DNA from: an uncultured Planctomycetia bacterium
GTDB taxonomy: Bacteria; Omnitrophota; Gorgyraeia; 1-14-0-20-64-10
Length of the DNA stretch: 64,000 bases
Reading direction: 5' to 3'
NCBI GenBank assembly: GCA_964597545.1
Contig: CAZQXN010000005.1
Location: 12,647-76,646, forward strand
In this document: positions 46,081 to 55,808 of the stretch, piece after piece
Layout of the letters: the number at the start of each line of letters is the position of its first letter
Numbering within the stretch: position 1 is the first letter of the stretch
Made by a program: the position numbers and the translations under genes
Notes under the pieces: generated by a model
What the model saw: only the letters and a program-made list of their open reading frames with translations
Databases searched by the model: none
What the model was told of the DNA's origin: nothing

Positions 46081-48122
46081 GCCGTCCTAAAGACAGGTTG
46101 CACCGGCTGGCCTTTCAACCGGCTGGAAACCTCTTGTTTTTCATGCGCCTGGGCAACAATCCGCATGACCGTAGCGTAGACCCTGAGCAGCTCGTCCGCC
46201 TCGGCATCTCCATGGGCAGCGCTGGTCAGATGATACCCGGAAAAGAGGACACCCCGCTTTGCGCACTCCTGCTGAAAAAGACTCTTTAGCGCCAGGGATT
46301 CAGCCTCATCCCGGCCGTGAAACTGAACCACCGTTCGGGGAGCAAATCCCGCGCATTGGGTCAGTTCCCCCAAGCCGCATTCGCGCGCCAGAACGTTGTA
46401 GCCGGCCTGAATTCGTTTCCCCGCGGCCCAAAGTTGCGGCACGACATTGCAGCGAACCATTTTTTCCAAGGTCGCCTTGGCCGCCGCTAAAGAAAGGGTC
46501 TCTCCGCCGAAGGTAAAGGAGAAGAAAACCTCTTCAAAGTGCCGCATCAACGCTCTGCGCCCTACCAGGGCCGAAAGGGGCAAGCCGTTGGCCATCGCCT
46601 TGCCGAAACAAGCCAGATCTGGGATGACGCCGAAATGTTTCTGGGCACCGCCTAAGTCAAACCGAAAACCGGTCAACACCTCATCAAAGATGAGCAGGGC
46701 CCCTTCCCTCTGGGTCAAGGCGCGAACGGCCTCGAGGAACCGGCCCTCGGGAGGCTCCACCCCCACAGGTTCCAGGATGACGGCGGCAACCGCTCCGGGA
46801 TGCTCCGCAAAGATCCGTTTGAGGGAATCCAGCTGGTTGTATTCAAACGGAAAGGTCAGCTTCCTAACCGCCTCGGGAACTCCTCGCCTGCGGGTCGTGG
46901 TGCCAATGGTCCAATCCTGCCACCCGTGATAGCCTGAAGTCGCGATCAACGCCCGCCCGGTCACCGCGCGGGCCAGCCGGACCGCCCCGGTGGTCACATC
47001 GGAGCCATTCTTGCCGAAGCGCACCATCTCGGCGCAGGGAATGAGCGCCGTGAGCATTTCGGAAAGTTCCACCTCCAGAGGATGGGGAAGCGAGAAGACG
47101 GCTCCGGCTTTGAGCTGCTCACAAACAGCGGCGTTGACATCCCGATCGTTGTACCCCAAGATCATCGGGCCCAACGCCATCGCAACATCAAGATACCGGT
47201 TGCCATCGACATCCCAAACCCGAGCCCCTTCCCCTCGCACCAGAAAGCTGGGGGCCACTCCCGGGACAAACTGCGTGGGCCCCTTGCTGAAGGTCTGGGA
47301 GCTGCCCGGCACCACCCGGGCCGCCCGCGCAGCCCACGCTGAAGAGGCAGCCAGCTTGCGCGGAATCTCGGGGAGGGGATCATCCTTCAAGAAAGATTTG
47401 TAATAACCCTCCTCTGAAATCGAGGTTGGGTTGATGGCGGTCAGCTCCGGTGTGGTTCGGACCAATTGCAGAACATCCTCCAGGCAAAAAAGTTGATCGG
47501 CCCCTTTCAGTTTCCGGTAAACCGCCCGGACAAATTCGAGATCCGCCGGGTGATCCACCGACCACTTCAGTCCCGAAAGATCTTCCGGGGCCTCCACGGT
47601 AGCAATCTTAAATTTTCCGAAGTGCTTCATGTAGGGGGTCACATGCTCACGCTCAGAGGCGCCCCGGGCCTGGCGGTGTGCGCGCTCCAACGCTTCAAAA
47701 GAAAAAACCTCTACATCCATACCGTCCGGAAAGCGCTTGCCCATGTTGTTGCTGGCATAATCAAAATCCCCGGAACGAAACCGTTCCACAACCTGGTCCA
47801 GCAGCTTGGGGTCCATCAAGGGGCAGTCCGGGGTGACCCGAACAATGGTGGTCACTCCAAAAGCAACTGCGGCTTGATAGAACCGCTCCAGCACATCAGC
47901 CTCAGAACCGCGGCTTATCTTCAACCCCCGTTCCTCGGCAAACTGCACGAATACATCATCCTGTTTCTGGTCGGTGGTGGCGATGACCACCTCCTCAACG
48001 TAGCGGCTGGCGCGTACACGCTCAATCAACCACTCCAGCATCGGTTTTCCTGCTACCTCGGCCAAAGCCTTGCCGGGAAGCCGGGAAGAGCCCATTCGGG
48101 TCTGGATGATGGCTGCCAGCAT
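46077..48122 (-). CDS. fusion of acylneuraminate cytidylyltransferase-like (SpsF/NeuA-like) domain with class III (GSA-aminomutase-like) PLP aminotransferase
   Basis: N-terminal AAIIQTRMGSSRLPGKALAEVAGKPMLEWLIERV...CPLMD. C-terminal VWDVDGNRYLDV...GKNGSDVTTGAVRLAR...LLIFDEVLTGFRF...FGKAMANGLP (class III aminotransferase). Confidence 0.75.
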   Translation of the reverse strand: MLAAIIQTRMGSSRLPGKALAEVAGKPMLEWLIERVRASRYVEEVVIATTDQKQDDVFVQFAEERGLKISRGSEADVLERFYQAAVAFGVTTIVRVTPDCPLMDPKLLDQVVERFRSGDFDYASNNMGKRFPDGMDVEVFSFEALERAHRQARGASEREHVTPYMKHFGKFKIATVEAPEDLSGLKWSVDHPADLEFVRAVYRKLKGADQLFCLEDVLQLVRTTPELTAINPTSISEEGYYKSFLKDDPLPEIPRKLAASSAWAARAARVVPGSSQTFSKGPTQFVPGVAPSFLVRGEGARVWDVDGNRYLDVAMALGPMILGYNDRDVNAAVCEQLKAGAVFSLPHPLEVELSEMLTALIPCAEMVRFGKNGSDVTTGAVRLARAVTGRALIATSGYHGWQDWTIGTTTRRRGVPEAVRKLTFPFEYNQLDSLKRIFAEHPGAVAAVILEPVGVEPPEGRFLEAVRALTQREGALLIFDEVLTGFRFDLGGAQKHFGVIPDLACFGKAMANGLPLSALVGRRALMRHFEEVFFSFTFGGETLSLAAAKATLEKMVRCNVVPQLWAAGKRIQAGYNVLARECGLGELTQCAGFAPRTVVQFHGRDEAESLALKSLFQQECAKRGVLFSGYHLTSAAHGDAEADELLRVYATVMRIVAQAHEKQEVSSRLKGQPVQPVFRTA

Positions 48123-49135
48123 CAGGCGCCTCCCAAGGAAACAACCGATCCGGTCCGGATGGAGTGATCAATTCCCTCTGCGACCCGAAGCACCTCGACC
48201 CCGTGGGCAACATCCACTTGAGGGGGCCATCCGTTACGCGCCGAATCCAGGAATGACTTGAGCTCCTCAAGATAGGTGTCCAGAGGCTCTCCCGTGACCT
48301 CCACCGGAAGATAGCGATCCTTCCCCTTCTCGCACACCGTCAAAGCCCCCAGACTGTCATCGACTCGACCTTGGGAGCAATCCCATCGCAGTGCGGCATC
48401 CTCCCCCATCAGCCAAAACCCGCGCCGGTAAGTCGGCTGCAGGCAATCCAGGCTTAAGGTTGCAATCCCTTGGGCGCATGTGTGCAGCAAAACCTTGATG
48501 GTGTCGAACCCGGAAATCTCAAGCGCACTGAGTTTCCCTCCCATGGCCATGACCCGCTCTATCGGACCCATGAAGAAAAGAGCCAAATCAATCTCATGTG
48601 AGCCGTCAAAGATAAGCCCTCCGCCAGCACCCGCCGAAGCCATGTAGCTTTGGCGGTAACTCTTCTGCTTCCACCACTTCGCCAGGTACAGACCGAATTC
48701 AAAGTGAGCCGTCAAGATCTTCCCGAGGACACCGGATTGCACCATCGTTTTCGCGGTTCTGACCGCGGGATGAAAACGAAGATTGTATCCCACCTGAACC
48801 AGTCGCCCGTCGGCCTGTGCGCGCCGAAGAAGCGTTTCGGTCCCATCCACTCCTACCGAGAGGGGCTTTTCCACAAACACATGAGCGCCCGCCTCCAGCG
48901 CCTTCTGGGCCATCTCCACATGTGTCGCCGCGGGGGTGCAGACCAAGACCACATCCGGTCGGCGACCCAGCGCCTCCTCGGGGTTGGGGCAGACCGCAAT
49001 TCCGCAGGCTGCTTGGGTTTTCTCCCGAGCAGAGGGATCGGGATCAACCGCTTCAATGCCCGTGATACCCAGGCGGCGCAGATGATCAATGTGCCTGAGC
49101 CCAATGGAACCGCATCCCAATACCAGCGCCTTCAC
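48122..49135 (-). CDS. Gfo/Idh/MocA-family oxidoreductase
   Basis: MKALVLGCGSIGLRH Rossmann and VEKP motif. Confidence 0.8.
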   Translation of the reverse strand: MKALVLGCGSIGLRHIDHLRRLGITGIEAVDPDPSAREKTQAACGIAVCPNPEEALGRRPDVVLVCTPAATHVEMAQKALEAGAHVFVEKPLSVGVDGTETLLRRAQADGRLVQVGYNLRFHPAVRTAKTMVQSGVLGKILTAHFEFGLYLAKWWKQKSYRQSYMASAGAGGGLIFDGSHEIDLALFFMGPIERVMAMGGKLSALEISGFDTIKVLLHTCAQGIATLSLDCLQPTYRRGFWLMGEDAALRWDCSQGRVDDSLGALTVCEKGKDRYLPVEVTGEPLDTYLEELKSFLDSARNGWPPQVDVAHGVEVLRVAEGIDHSIRTGSVVSLGGA

Positions 49136-49147
49136 GCTCCTTGCCTC

Positions 49148-50218
49148 CTACACATTGACCTGGGTCGCCGTGCGAAGAGCCGGCTGCTTACTTAACAAAA
49201 GGAGTTCCCGCGCCACCCGCAAAGCCCCTTGTCCATCGACCAGGCAAGGACCCGCCTCGGACATGGCAAGCCGAACTTGCCTGTCCAAAAGGATCGGCAA
49301 AAAGGCCTTCCGAAGCTCTGGCAGTGCGTCCGGTTGACGCACGCCGCCGGCTCTCCGGACCGATCCGGCCTGAACCAGATGCTCCAGCTGCCCCTGTTGG
49401 TTGAAAGCGATCTCAAACGCCACGGCGGGACATCCCACGCGAGCCAACTCGTAAAGGGTCTGGCCCGCTCCTGTGACGGCAAGATCCGCCTCCAGAAAAA
49501 GATCCCGGACTTGGTCAGGTGCCTCGATGCAGCGAACCTTGCGGGTCAGCGCGGCTGCGGTGCGGCGAACCTCCTCTGGGTTCCGGAAAAAGGGACCCAA
49601 GACAGCACTCACGCTGAACTGACCCGGTACGCTCTCGAGTAGCCTTAACACCTTTGGCGTCAAGCAGTAAGGATCGGCGCCTCCGAAGATGACGAGCACG
49701 TTTTGGACCTCCGGCCGCACCGGATGGGCAGGAACCTCCCAAAATTCAGAGCGGAGAATAGCGTATTCGGGCCCCTGCAGGAAACGGGTTCCGGGCAAGG
49801 GAGAGCGATACTCCAGCGTGCGCGCATGCGCATCCCCATTGACCACCAGATGGCACGGAAACGGGTGGGGATTGATGTCTTCAATGGCGCAAACCGCAAA
49901 ACCTGCCAGCGTTAGGAATGAAAGGTACTGATCCCCTTCCTCGTCGGAATCAACGATGATCACCCGGCAGTTCCGCTCCTTGGCCATGGCACAGGTTTGT
50001 CTTTGGTCCGCCGGACTCCAGGAGGATGGCGCTCCCAGGGGAAAACCGTCAAACCCAAAGTCCCGCACACGCTTGAGCGCTTCCGGCGCCCCGGAAACCA
50101 GGAAGAAGCTCTTCACTGAAAAGCGCTTGAGTGCTTGCGCCAGAGAGAGACACCGCTGAAGATGTCCCAGGCCCACCCGGTGATCGGCATCTACTCGAAA
50201 GAGGACGTCCATGGTCAT
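49148..50218 (-). CDS. pseG: PseG-like UDP-sugar hydrolase (pseudaminic acid pathway; SpsG/MurG-like fold)
   Basis: VLFRVDADHRVGLGHLQRCLSLAQAL aligns with the Campylobacter PseG N-terminus [26 protein letters not shown]. Confidence 0.65.
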   Translation of the reverse strand: MTMDVLFRVDADHRVGLGHLQRCLSLAQALKRFSVKSFFLVSGAPEALKRVRDFGFDGFPLGAPSSWSPADQRQTCAMAKERNCRVIIVDSDEEGDQYLSFLTLAGFAVCAIEDINPHPFPCHLVVNGDAHARTLEYRSPLPGTRFLQGPEYAILRSEFWEVPAHPVRPEVQNVLVIFGGADPYCLTPKVLRLLESVPGQFSVSAVLGPFFRNPEEVRRTAAALTRKVRCIEAPDQVRDLFLEADLAVTGAGQTLYELARVGCPAVAFEIAFNQQGQLEHLVQAGSVRRAGGVRQPDALPELRKAFLPILLDRQVRLAMSEAGPCLVDGQGALRVARELLLLSKQPALRTATQVNV

Positions 50219-50775
50219 CCCTCGAGCTTTCCGATCGCCTTGAGGAGTGCTGTGGCATACAGGGGATAGAGGGTGTTGTAAACTTCACCAACAGACCGCT
50301 CCCCTGAGAGGGGAATAAACTCCTCCGCCAGGACTTCGCCCTCATCGACCCGCTCTATCATCCGGTGAACGCCGACGCTGGCGCGGGGGCTGCCGTCTCT
50401 CAACATGCGCTCGATCGGCCCGGCTCCTTTGTACTTCCACAGGCAGGGATGCGCGTTAATGCCACCCAGCCGGCAGAGGCGAAGCAGGCGCTCTGGCACA
50501 ATTTCTCGTCCGTGTACAGAGACCACCAGGTCTGCTTCCCGGAAACAGGATTCCGCCCCATCTTGACGGATGGAAGAAAGAATTGGCAGCTTCAGCTCCT
50601 GCGCCAGGCGCTTGAGCGAATCGTCATAGGCCACCACGCCGATGACCCTCAAACCTACGCCCAAGACGGTCAGCAGGCCCATACAGCCTGCCTGCCTGCT
50701 GCCCAGAAAGAGAACCCGAAGGGGAGGATTCACCCTGTGAGACCTCCCCGCTCGAGAAAAGTACGCCTCGCCCAA
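50215..50775 (-). CDS. formyltransferase-domain protein (Fmt N-terminal-like), short
   Basis: INAHPCLWKYKGAGPIERML and GVHRMIERVDEGEVL resemble the catalytic loops of formyl transferases. Confidence 0.5.
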   Translation of the reverse strand: MGEAYFSRAGRSHRVNPPLRVLFLGSRQAGCMGLLTVLGVGLRVIGVVAYDDSLKRLAQELKLPILSSIRQDGAESCFREADLVVSVHGREIVPERLLRLCRLGGINAHPCLWKYKGAGPIERMLRDGSPRASVGVHRMIERVDEGEVLAEEFIPLSGERSVGEVYNTLYPLYATALLKAIGKLEG

Positions 50776-50788
50776 GGTCTAACGGGAC

Positions 50789-51838
50789 TCATCTCAGATC
50801 CCCCAAGCTGACAGACTCCTTGGGGCGTAGATCCCGCAGCGCCTTTTTTCCGATCATCGACGGCAGAGCGCCGGGTGGCGCTCCAGGCAGATGTTTTCCG
50901 TTGCGAAGAACAATCAGGTGGCTTGCCTGCAAGACCTCTCCGGCCCGGACAGCCTGGGAGGTAAAGACCGAGCGGCGCCCAAAATCATGGAGCTCCTTCT
51001 CTGCCGGATGCATCTGTTTGGCCCCGCTTCCCAGCGCCGTCTCGGCGAGATGAACCAACCGAACCATCTCCCGCAACTCATCCGGCTCGACGGCGAAACG
51101 GTGATCTGGTCCAGGCAGCGCATTGCTGAAGGTGAAATGTTTTTCAATCAGGTCTGCTCCCAAGGCTGCCGCGGTCACCGGAGCCAACCACGGGTGGCGG
51201 GAATGGTCTGAAAGGCCGGCGGGAACCTGGAAGGTTGAGCGGAGTGTCTCAAGAGCGCGGATGTTCAACGTCTCCAGAGGAGCCGGGTAAGCGGCGGTGC
51301 ATTGCATCAAGAGGAGTTGTGGGTTGCCGGTCTTCCGGAAGATCTCTACCAGCTCTGAGACCTCATCAAGCTGCGCCGTACCGGTTGAGATGATGACCGG
51401 TTTGCCCTTTCCTGCCACATGTTGGACCAGGGGGAAATGGGTCATTTCATAAGAGGCAATCTTATGCGCGGAAACATACGGATCGCACCGGTCTGCCGAT
51501 TCTTCGTCAAAAACAGAGACCAGGAAAAGGATCTCCAATTCCTTGCACCGGTCCGACAACCGAGGCAACCATTCGTACGGCATTTCCATCTGGCGAATGA
51601 TGTCGTAAATGGATCGGGAATCCTTGAGATAGTCGCTCTTCCCCGCGGATTTCGGATACAGCTTCTCGGCCCGAAACAGCTGGAACTTGACGGCATCCGC
51701 GCCAGCCTGGGAAGCCAACTCCACCAGGCGGAGGGCCTGCTCCAAGCTCCCGTTGTGGTTGGAACCGGCTTCGGCAATGACAAAACAAGCCGCACCCATT
51801 CCAACCTGCCGCTTCCCAATCTGAATCGTCTGCATCAT
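50789..51838 (-). CDS. NeuB-family nonulosonic acid synthase (PseI/LegI/NeuB-type), full length with SAF domain
   Basis: FVIAEAGSNHNGSLEQALRLVELASQAGADAVKFQ, LSDHS, EKHFT, C-terminal SAF-like region. Confidence 0.85.
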   Translation of the reverse strand: MMQTIQIGKRQVGMGAACFVIAEAGSNHNGSLEQALRLVELASQAGADAVKFQLFRAEKLYPKSAGKSDYLKDSRSIYDIIRQMEMPYEWLPRLSDRCKELEILFLVSVFDEESADRCDPYVSAHKIASYEMTHFPLVQHVAGKGKPVIISTGTAQLDEVSELVEIFRKTGNPQLLLMQCTAAYPAPLETLNIRALETLRSTFQVPAGLSDHSRHPWLAPVTAAALGADLIEKHFTFSNALPGPDHRFAVEPDELREMVRLVHLAETALGSGAKQMHPAEKELHDFGRRSVFTSQAVRAGEVLQASHLIVLRNGKHLPGAPPGALPSMIGKKALRDLRPKESVSLGDLR

Positions 51839-51859
51839 CGCCGTCGCTCCGCTCCCTGC

Positions 51860-53575
51860 TTAAAGATCCGCATGCGTGGCACCCTGAACAGCCGGCGCGC
51901 TCATCGGCTGCGCCTCACCGGTATGTGGGTGGCGAACCGTATTCTGGGCGCCCAGTGTCTGAATGGCTCGCCAAGAAAGCTCAATCACCTGTTCATCCGG
52001 CATATCGCTGAAATTGGTTCGAACCTCTTCCCCCTGCTCACCCAGGCGGAGGAGATACTGCTCGATGAGTGTTTCATCGGCCGGCCCGGGGCGGCCGGTC
52101 ACCGCCTTGGCGATCAGCCCGCGCTCAAGCGCCAGGTCCCAAAATGCCGTAGCCGGATAGGCGGTCGTGAAAAAGAAAACCTCAGGGGCCAACCCCACCC
52201 GCTTGCAGAAGTCGACCGTCTCCTGGACCGTCCGGGGGGACTCGCTCGGAGAACCGACCATGAACGAGCAGTCGGCATAACCCATGACGCGTTGGGTTTC
52301 CCGGATCGCCAGCTCCATCTTTTCCAGGGTCTGACCTGACTTATCGATCGCCTTGAGCACCGCGGGGCTGGCCGATTCGACGCCGTAACCGGCCTGGCGC
52401 ATGCCCACCTCATGGGCCTGCTCCAGCATGTGCGCACGTCCCTCTTTCTTCGCCCGAGTGACATCATCAGCGATGATATTGGTTCGGCAGGTTCCGCCCC
52501 AGAGCACCTCAAACCCGGATTCCTTCTTGCGCCGACGCAGTTCCTCGCAGAACTTCAGCGCCCAGCGGTAGTCGGTCATCATCAGATCATCCAGGAAATG
52601 AATGTAGGTCAAACCGTAACGCGCCTTGAGAAACACCATCTCATCGACCACATCGCCAGGCGAGCGCAACCGGTACTGCTTGCCCAGGTAGGCCGCATAA
52701 CAGTAGTCGCAGGCCGTAACCGCGTAGGGGCATCCTCGGGAGGCGATCATCGACGCCGAAGCAGCATCCTCTTGGATCGGTGTGCCTCTGACCCATTTGG
52801 TTGCCCAATTCAGGTGTCCAACGGGATTGCGCTTATACACCTCATCCAGGGGCCAGAGAGAGCGCAGCGGCCAAGGCAGCGCATCCAAACCCGCCACATT
52901 GCTCTTGACGGAAGGGCGCAAGCCATTGTCGATGTATTCCCATTCCCCTGAACTGTTCTTGCGCCGGAACACCACGCCCCGGATCCCATCGTAGGAAACG
53001 CCGGTTTCTATCCGGTGCAGCAACTCCGAGAAGGTCACCTCCCCTTCCTCCTGGATGACGGCGTCAACCCCCATCCGCTTGAGCATGAAGAGCGGCATGG
53101 AAGAGGCGATCCCGCCTCCCAAGACAACGGGAATCTCCGGATGGATCTTCTTGCACAGTCGGGCAATCTGGCGAATCCGGCCGTATTGGGTCACGATGCC
53201 GCCCAAACCAATGAGGTCCGGCGTCTGACGCATCAGGGCCGCGACCACTCGCTCTTCAGTCCAGGCCGACAACGCCTCGCCGGAGAGCTCCATCGGCCCT
53301 TTTCGAGCGGCGTTGAGATCCAGGACGTTCACCCGATGGCCGTCCATCCTGGCGACCGAAGCGATGTAGCCGTGGCCAATCGGCATGATGTTGGGATAGG
53401 ACCATTCCCGGATCGGAGCATTGATGAGCAGGATGTCTAATCCGTTTGCGCGGAGCGGAAATTGTTTGAGGGATTTCTCGTCTGTCAACCGCGGCCAGTC
53501 AGGTCGCAGCACTTCTCCATCTCGGAATCGCTGGTAGAAACGCTCTGGAACTGCCTGGGCAGAGTATCCGGCCAT
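51860..53575 (-). CDS. cobalamin-binding-domain radical SAM enzyme (class B-like) with non-canonical Cys spacing
   Basis: N-terminal B12-binding-like domain (DILLINAP...HRVNVLDLN). Cluster motif read as C-PYAVTA-C-DY-C (CX6CX2C) rather than CX3CX2C. Confidence 0.65.
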   Translation of the reverse strand: MAGYSAQAVPERFYQRFRDGEVLRPDWPRLTDEKSLKQFPLRANGLDILLINAPIREWSYPNIMPIGHGYIASVARMDGHRVNVLDLNAARKGPMELSGEALSAWTEERVVAALMRQTPDLIGLGGIVTQYGRIRQIARLCKKIHPEIPVVLGGGIASSMPLFMLKRMGVDAVIQEEGEVTFSELLHRIETGVSYDGIRGVVFRRKNSSGEWEYIDNGLRPSVKSNVAGLDALPWPLRSLWPLDEVYKRNPVGHLNWATKWVRGTPIQEDAASASMIASRGCPYAVTACDYCYAAYLGKQYRLRSPGDVVDEMVFLKARYGLTYIHFLDDLMMTDYRWALKFCEELRRRKKESGFEVLWGGTCRTNIIADDVTRAKKEGRAHMLEQAHEVGMRQAGYGVESASPAVLKAIDKSGQTLEKMELAIRETQRVMGYADCSFMVGSPSESPRTVQETVDFCKRVGLAPEVFFFTTAYPATAFWDLALERGLIAKAVTGRPGPADETLIEQYLLRLGEQGEEVRTNFSDMPDEQVIELSWRAIQTLGAQNTVRHPHTGEAQPMSAPAVQGATHADL

Positions 53576-53577
53576 CT

Positions 53578-54786
53578 TTACGCCTCCCTCCCGGAGCGAG
53601 ATGGAACATCAGAGGGCAGAACAGCGGGAGGCGGCCGGTGAAACCGCTCCAGCGCCGACCGAACCGAATGGATCACAAAGTCAACCTCGGCATCGGTCAT
53701 CTTCGGGAAAAGCGGCAGGGTAACAGCCCGGTCAAAATAACGCTCTGAGATAGGGTGGTCGCCCCGCGCGCAACCAAAACGCTGCTGGTAGAAGGGCTGC
53801 AGATGAACCGGCCGGTAATGGACATTCACCCCCACTCCCCTGGCCTGAAGCTCAGAAAAAATTTCCTTTCGGGAGGCCCGCAGCTGCTCCAGCGGCAGCC
53901 TGACAGCATAGAGATGCCAGGCATGCCGGCCGTTTCCGGCGGCCTGCAGCTCAAGCCCCAACCCTTGGAAGGCTTGCGTGTAGGCGGCAGCGATCTGGGC
54001 CCGGCGGTCGAGGAAGCGGTCCAGCTTCCCCATCTGCGCCAGCCCCAGCGCGCACTGAAAATCGGTGATGCGGTAGTTGTACCCCAGCCGTTGCATCTGG
54101 GCACCCCCCGGTTCTGGCGGGTTGAGCTTTACCAACCCATGGTGCCGGAAGCTGCGCAAATGCTCCACGAACTCCGGCCGATTGGTCAGCACCATCCCCC
54201 CTTCTCCGGTGGTAATGTGCTTGACCGGATGAAAGCTGAAGACCGTCATCTCCGAATGCGAGCAGCTGCCGACCCGCTCACGCCGGCCTTCACGAGTCAC
54301 CCATTCCGCGCCCAAGGCATGACAGGCATCCTCAACAACCCTCAGTCCCTTCCGGCGCGCGATGTCCCCAATGGCCTCCATGTCGCAGGGCAGTCCCGCA
54401 AAGTGCACCGGCAAAAGAAGGCGAGTCCGGGAAGTAATCCGTTGGGGCAGCCGCTTGGGGTCTAGGTTCAGGGTCTCGGGGTCCACATCGGAAAAAACCG
54501 GTTTGCCGCCAAGGTACACGACAACGTTGGCGGTCGCCACAAAGGTGAGCGGCGTCGTGACCGCCTCTTCCTGCGGCCCAAGACCCGCCACAAAACAGGC
54601 AGCATGAAGGGCAGCGGTCCCGCTGGAAAAAGCGACCCCGAAGCGGGCGCCGCAGCGCTCGGCCACGGCCCGCTCCAGCGCTTCGATGCGGGGCCCTTGC
54701 GTAATCCACTCTGAACGCAGCGCCTCAATCACTGCGTCAAGGTCTTCCTCGTCGAGCCAGTGGCGGCCGTAGGGGATCGGTTTCAC
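53578..54786 (-). CDS. DegT/DnrJ/EryC1/StrS-family PLP sugar aminotransferase (PseC/LegC-like)
   Basis: Family-typical body. Start re-placed at GTG 54786 (VKPIPYGRHWLDEED...), which overlaps the PseB-like stop (GTGA). Confidence 0.85.
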   Translation of the reverse strand: MKPIPYGRHWLDEEDLDAVIEALRSEWITQGPRIEALERAVAERCGARFGVAFSSGTAALHAACFVAGLGPQEEAVTTPLTFVATANVVVYLGGKPVFSDVDPETLNLDPKRLPQRITSRTRLLLPVHFAGLPCDMEAIGDIARRKGLRVVEDACHALGAEWVTREGRRERVGSCSHSEMTVFSFHPVKHITTGEGGMVLTNRPEFVEHLRSFRHHGLVKLNPPEPGGAQMQRLGYNYRITDFQCALGLAQMGKLDRFLDRRAQIAAAYTQAFQGLGLELQAAGNGRHAWHLYAVRLPLEQLRASRKEIFSELQARGVGVNVHYRPVHLQPFYQQRFGCARGDHPISERYFDRAVTLPLFPKMTDAEVDFVIHSVRSALERFHRPPPAVLPSDVPSRSGREA

Positions 54787-55808
54787 CAGCCCTCCCGGTT
54801 GTCCACCAGGGCCAGGTCCACCCCTTGGATCAGCTGTTGAATCTCGTCCTTGGAAAGCCACTGCGTGTTGGCGTTGCTGGCATAGGTGAAATCCGGCGGT
54901 GTCGGTTTTCCCTCAATCCAGTTAATTTCCCGCTGGTGGGGACCAAAATCCGGCAGGATGACGTAAAAATCATCCAGCTCGATGGTTCGGCGCGCATCAT
55001 CAGAAGAAACCAGTACCTCATGCAGTTTTTCTCCCGGGCGAATGCCGACGATTTGGTGGCGGCAGTCAGGCGCAAGCGCCTCTGCCAAATCCACAATGTT
55101 CATGCTGGGGACCTTCGGCACAAAAATCTCGCCGCCGTGCATGCGCTCCAACGCGCTGAGCACCAAATCGACCGACTGATCCAGCGTGATCCAAAAACGG
55201 GTCATTCTCTGATCGGTAATCGGAATGGAGCCAGTCTTGCGCAGCTTGAGAAACAGCGGAATCACGGAACCGCGGGAACCGACCACATTGCCGTATCGAA
55301 CCACGCTGAACTTGGTTTTGTGGGGCCCGGAGTAGACATTGCCGGCAATGAACAGCTTGTCGGAGCAGAGTTTGCTCGCACCGTAGAGATTGATCGGGTT
55401 GGCAGCCTTATCGGTGGAAAGGGCCACCACGTTCTTTACCCCCTGGTCGATGGCGGCATCGATCACGTTGGCCGCCCCTAAGACATTGGTCTTGATCACT
55501 TCCAAGGGGTTGTACTCGGCCGTGGGAATCTGCTTAAGGGCAGCCGCATGCACCACCACGTCCACTCCATTAAAAGCGCGTTGCAGCCTGTCCTTATCCC
55601 GAACATCGCCGATGAAAAAACGCAGTCTCGGGTCGCAGAACTGCCTGGCCATCTCAGACTGTTTCCACTCGTCCCGGCTGAAAATGATCAGCTTCTTGGG
55701 CTGATGATCACGCAAAAGAACTTGAGCAAATTTTTTTCCAAAGGAACCGGTCCCGCCGGTCACCAAAACCACTTTGTCGTTAAATATCATTTCGACTCCT
55801 GTCTTCAT
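54783..55808 (-). CDS. pseB: UDP-N-acetylglucosamine 4,6-dehydratase (inverting), PseB/FlaA1-like
   Basis: MIFNDKVVLVTGGTGSFGKKFAQVLL...LIIFSRDEWKQSEMARQF...RFFIGDVRDKDRL is colinear with Campylobacter/Helicobacter PseB. Start placed at the M whose ATG overlaps the upstream stop. Confidence 0.85.
   Translation of the reverse strand: MKTGVEMIFNDKVVLVTGGTGSFGKKFAQVLLRDHQPKKLIIFSRDEWKQSEMARQFCDPRLRFFIGDVRDKDRLQRAFNGVDVVVHAAALKQIPTAEYNPLEVIKTNVLGAANVIDAAIDQGVKNVVALSTDKAANPINLYGASKLCSDKLFIAGNVYSGPHKTKFSVVRYGNVVGSRGSVIPLFLKLRKTGSIPITDQRMTRFWITLDQSVDLVLSALERMHGGEIFVPKVPSMNIVDLAEALAPDCRHQIVGIRPGEKLHEVLVSSDDARRTIELDDFYVILPDFGPHQREINWIEGKPTPPDFTYASNANTQWLSKDEIQQLIQGVDLALVDNREGW

Noticed and set aside
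51419-52339. Long plus-strand ORFs (for example 51419-52339 306 aa, 34129-35040 303 aa, 47466-48167 233 aa, 10833-11510 225 aa, 23143-23814 223 aa, 5548-6159 203 aa)
   Set aside because: All are antisense to minus-strand genes with strong family motifs. They have Arg/Pro/Gly-rich low-complexity translations and no recognisable domains. Expected shadow ORFs in high-GC DNA.
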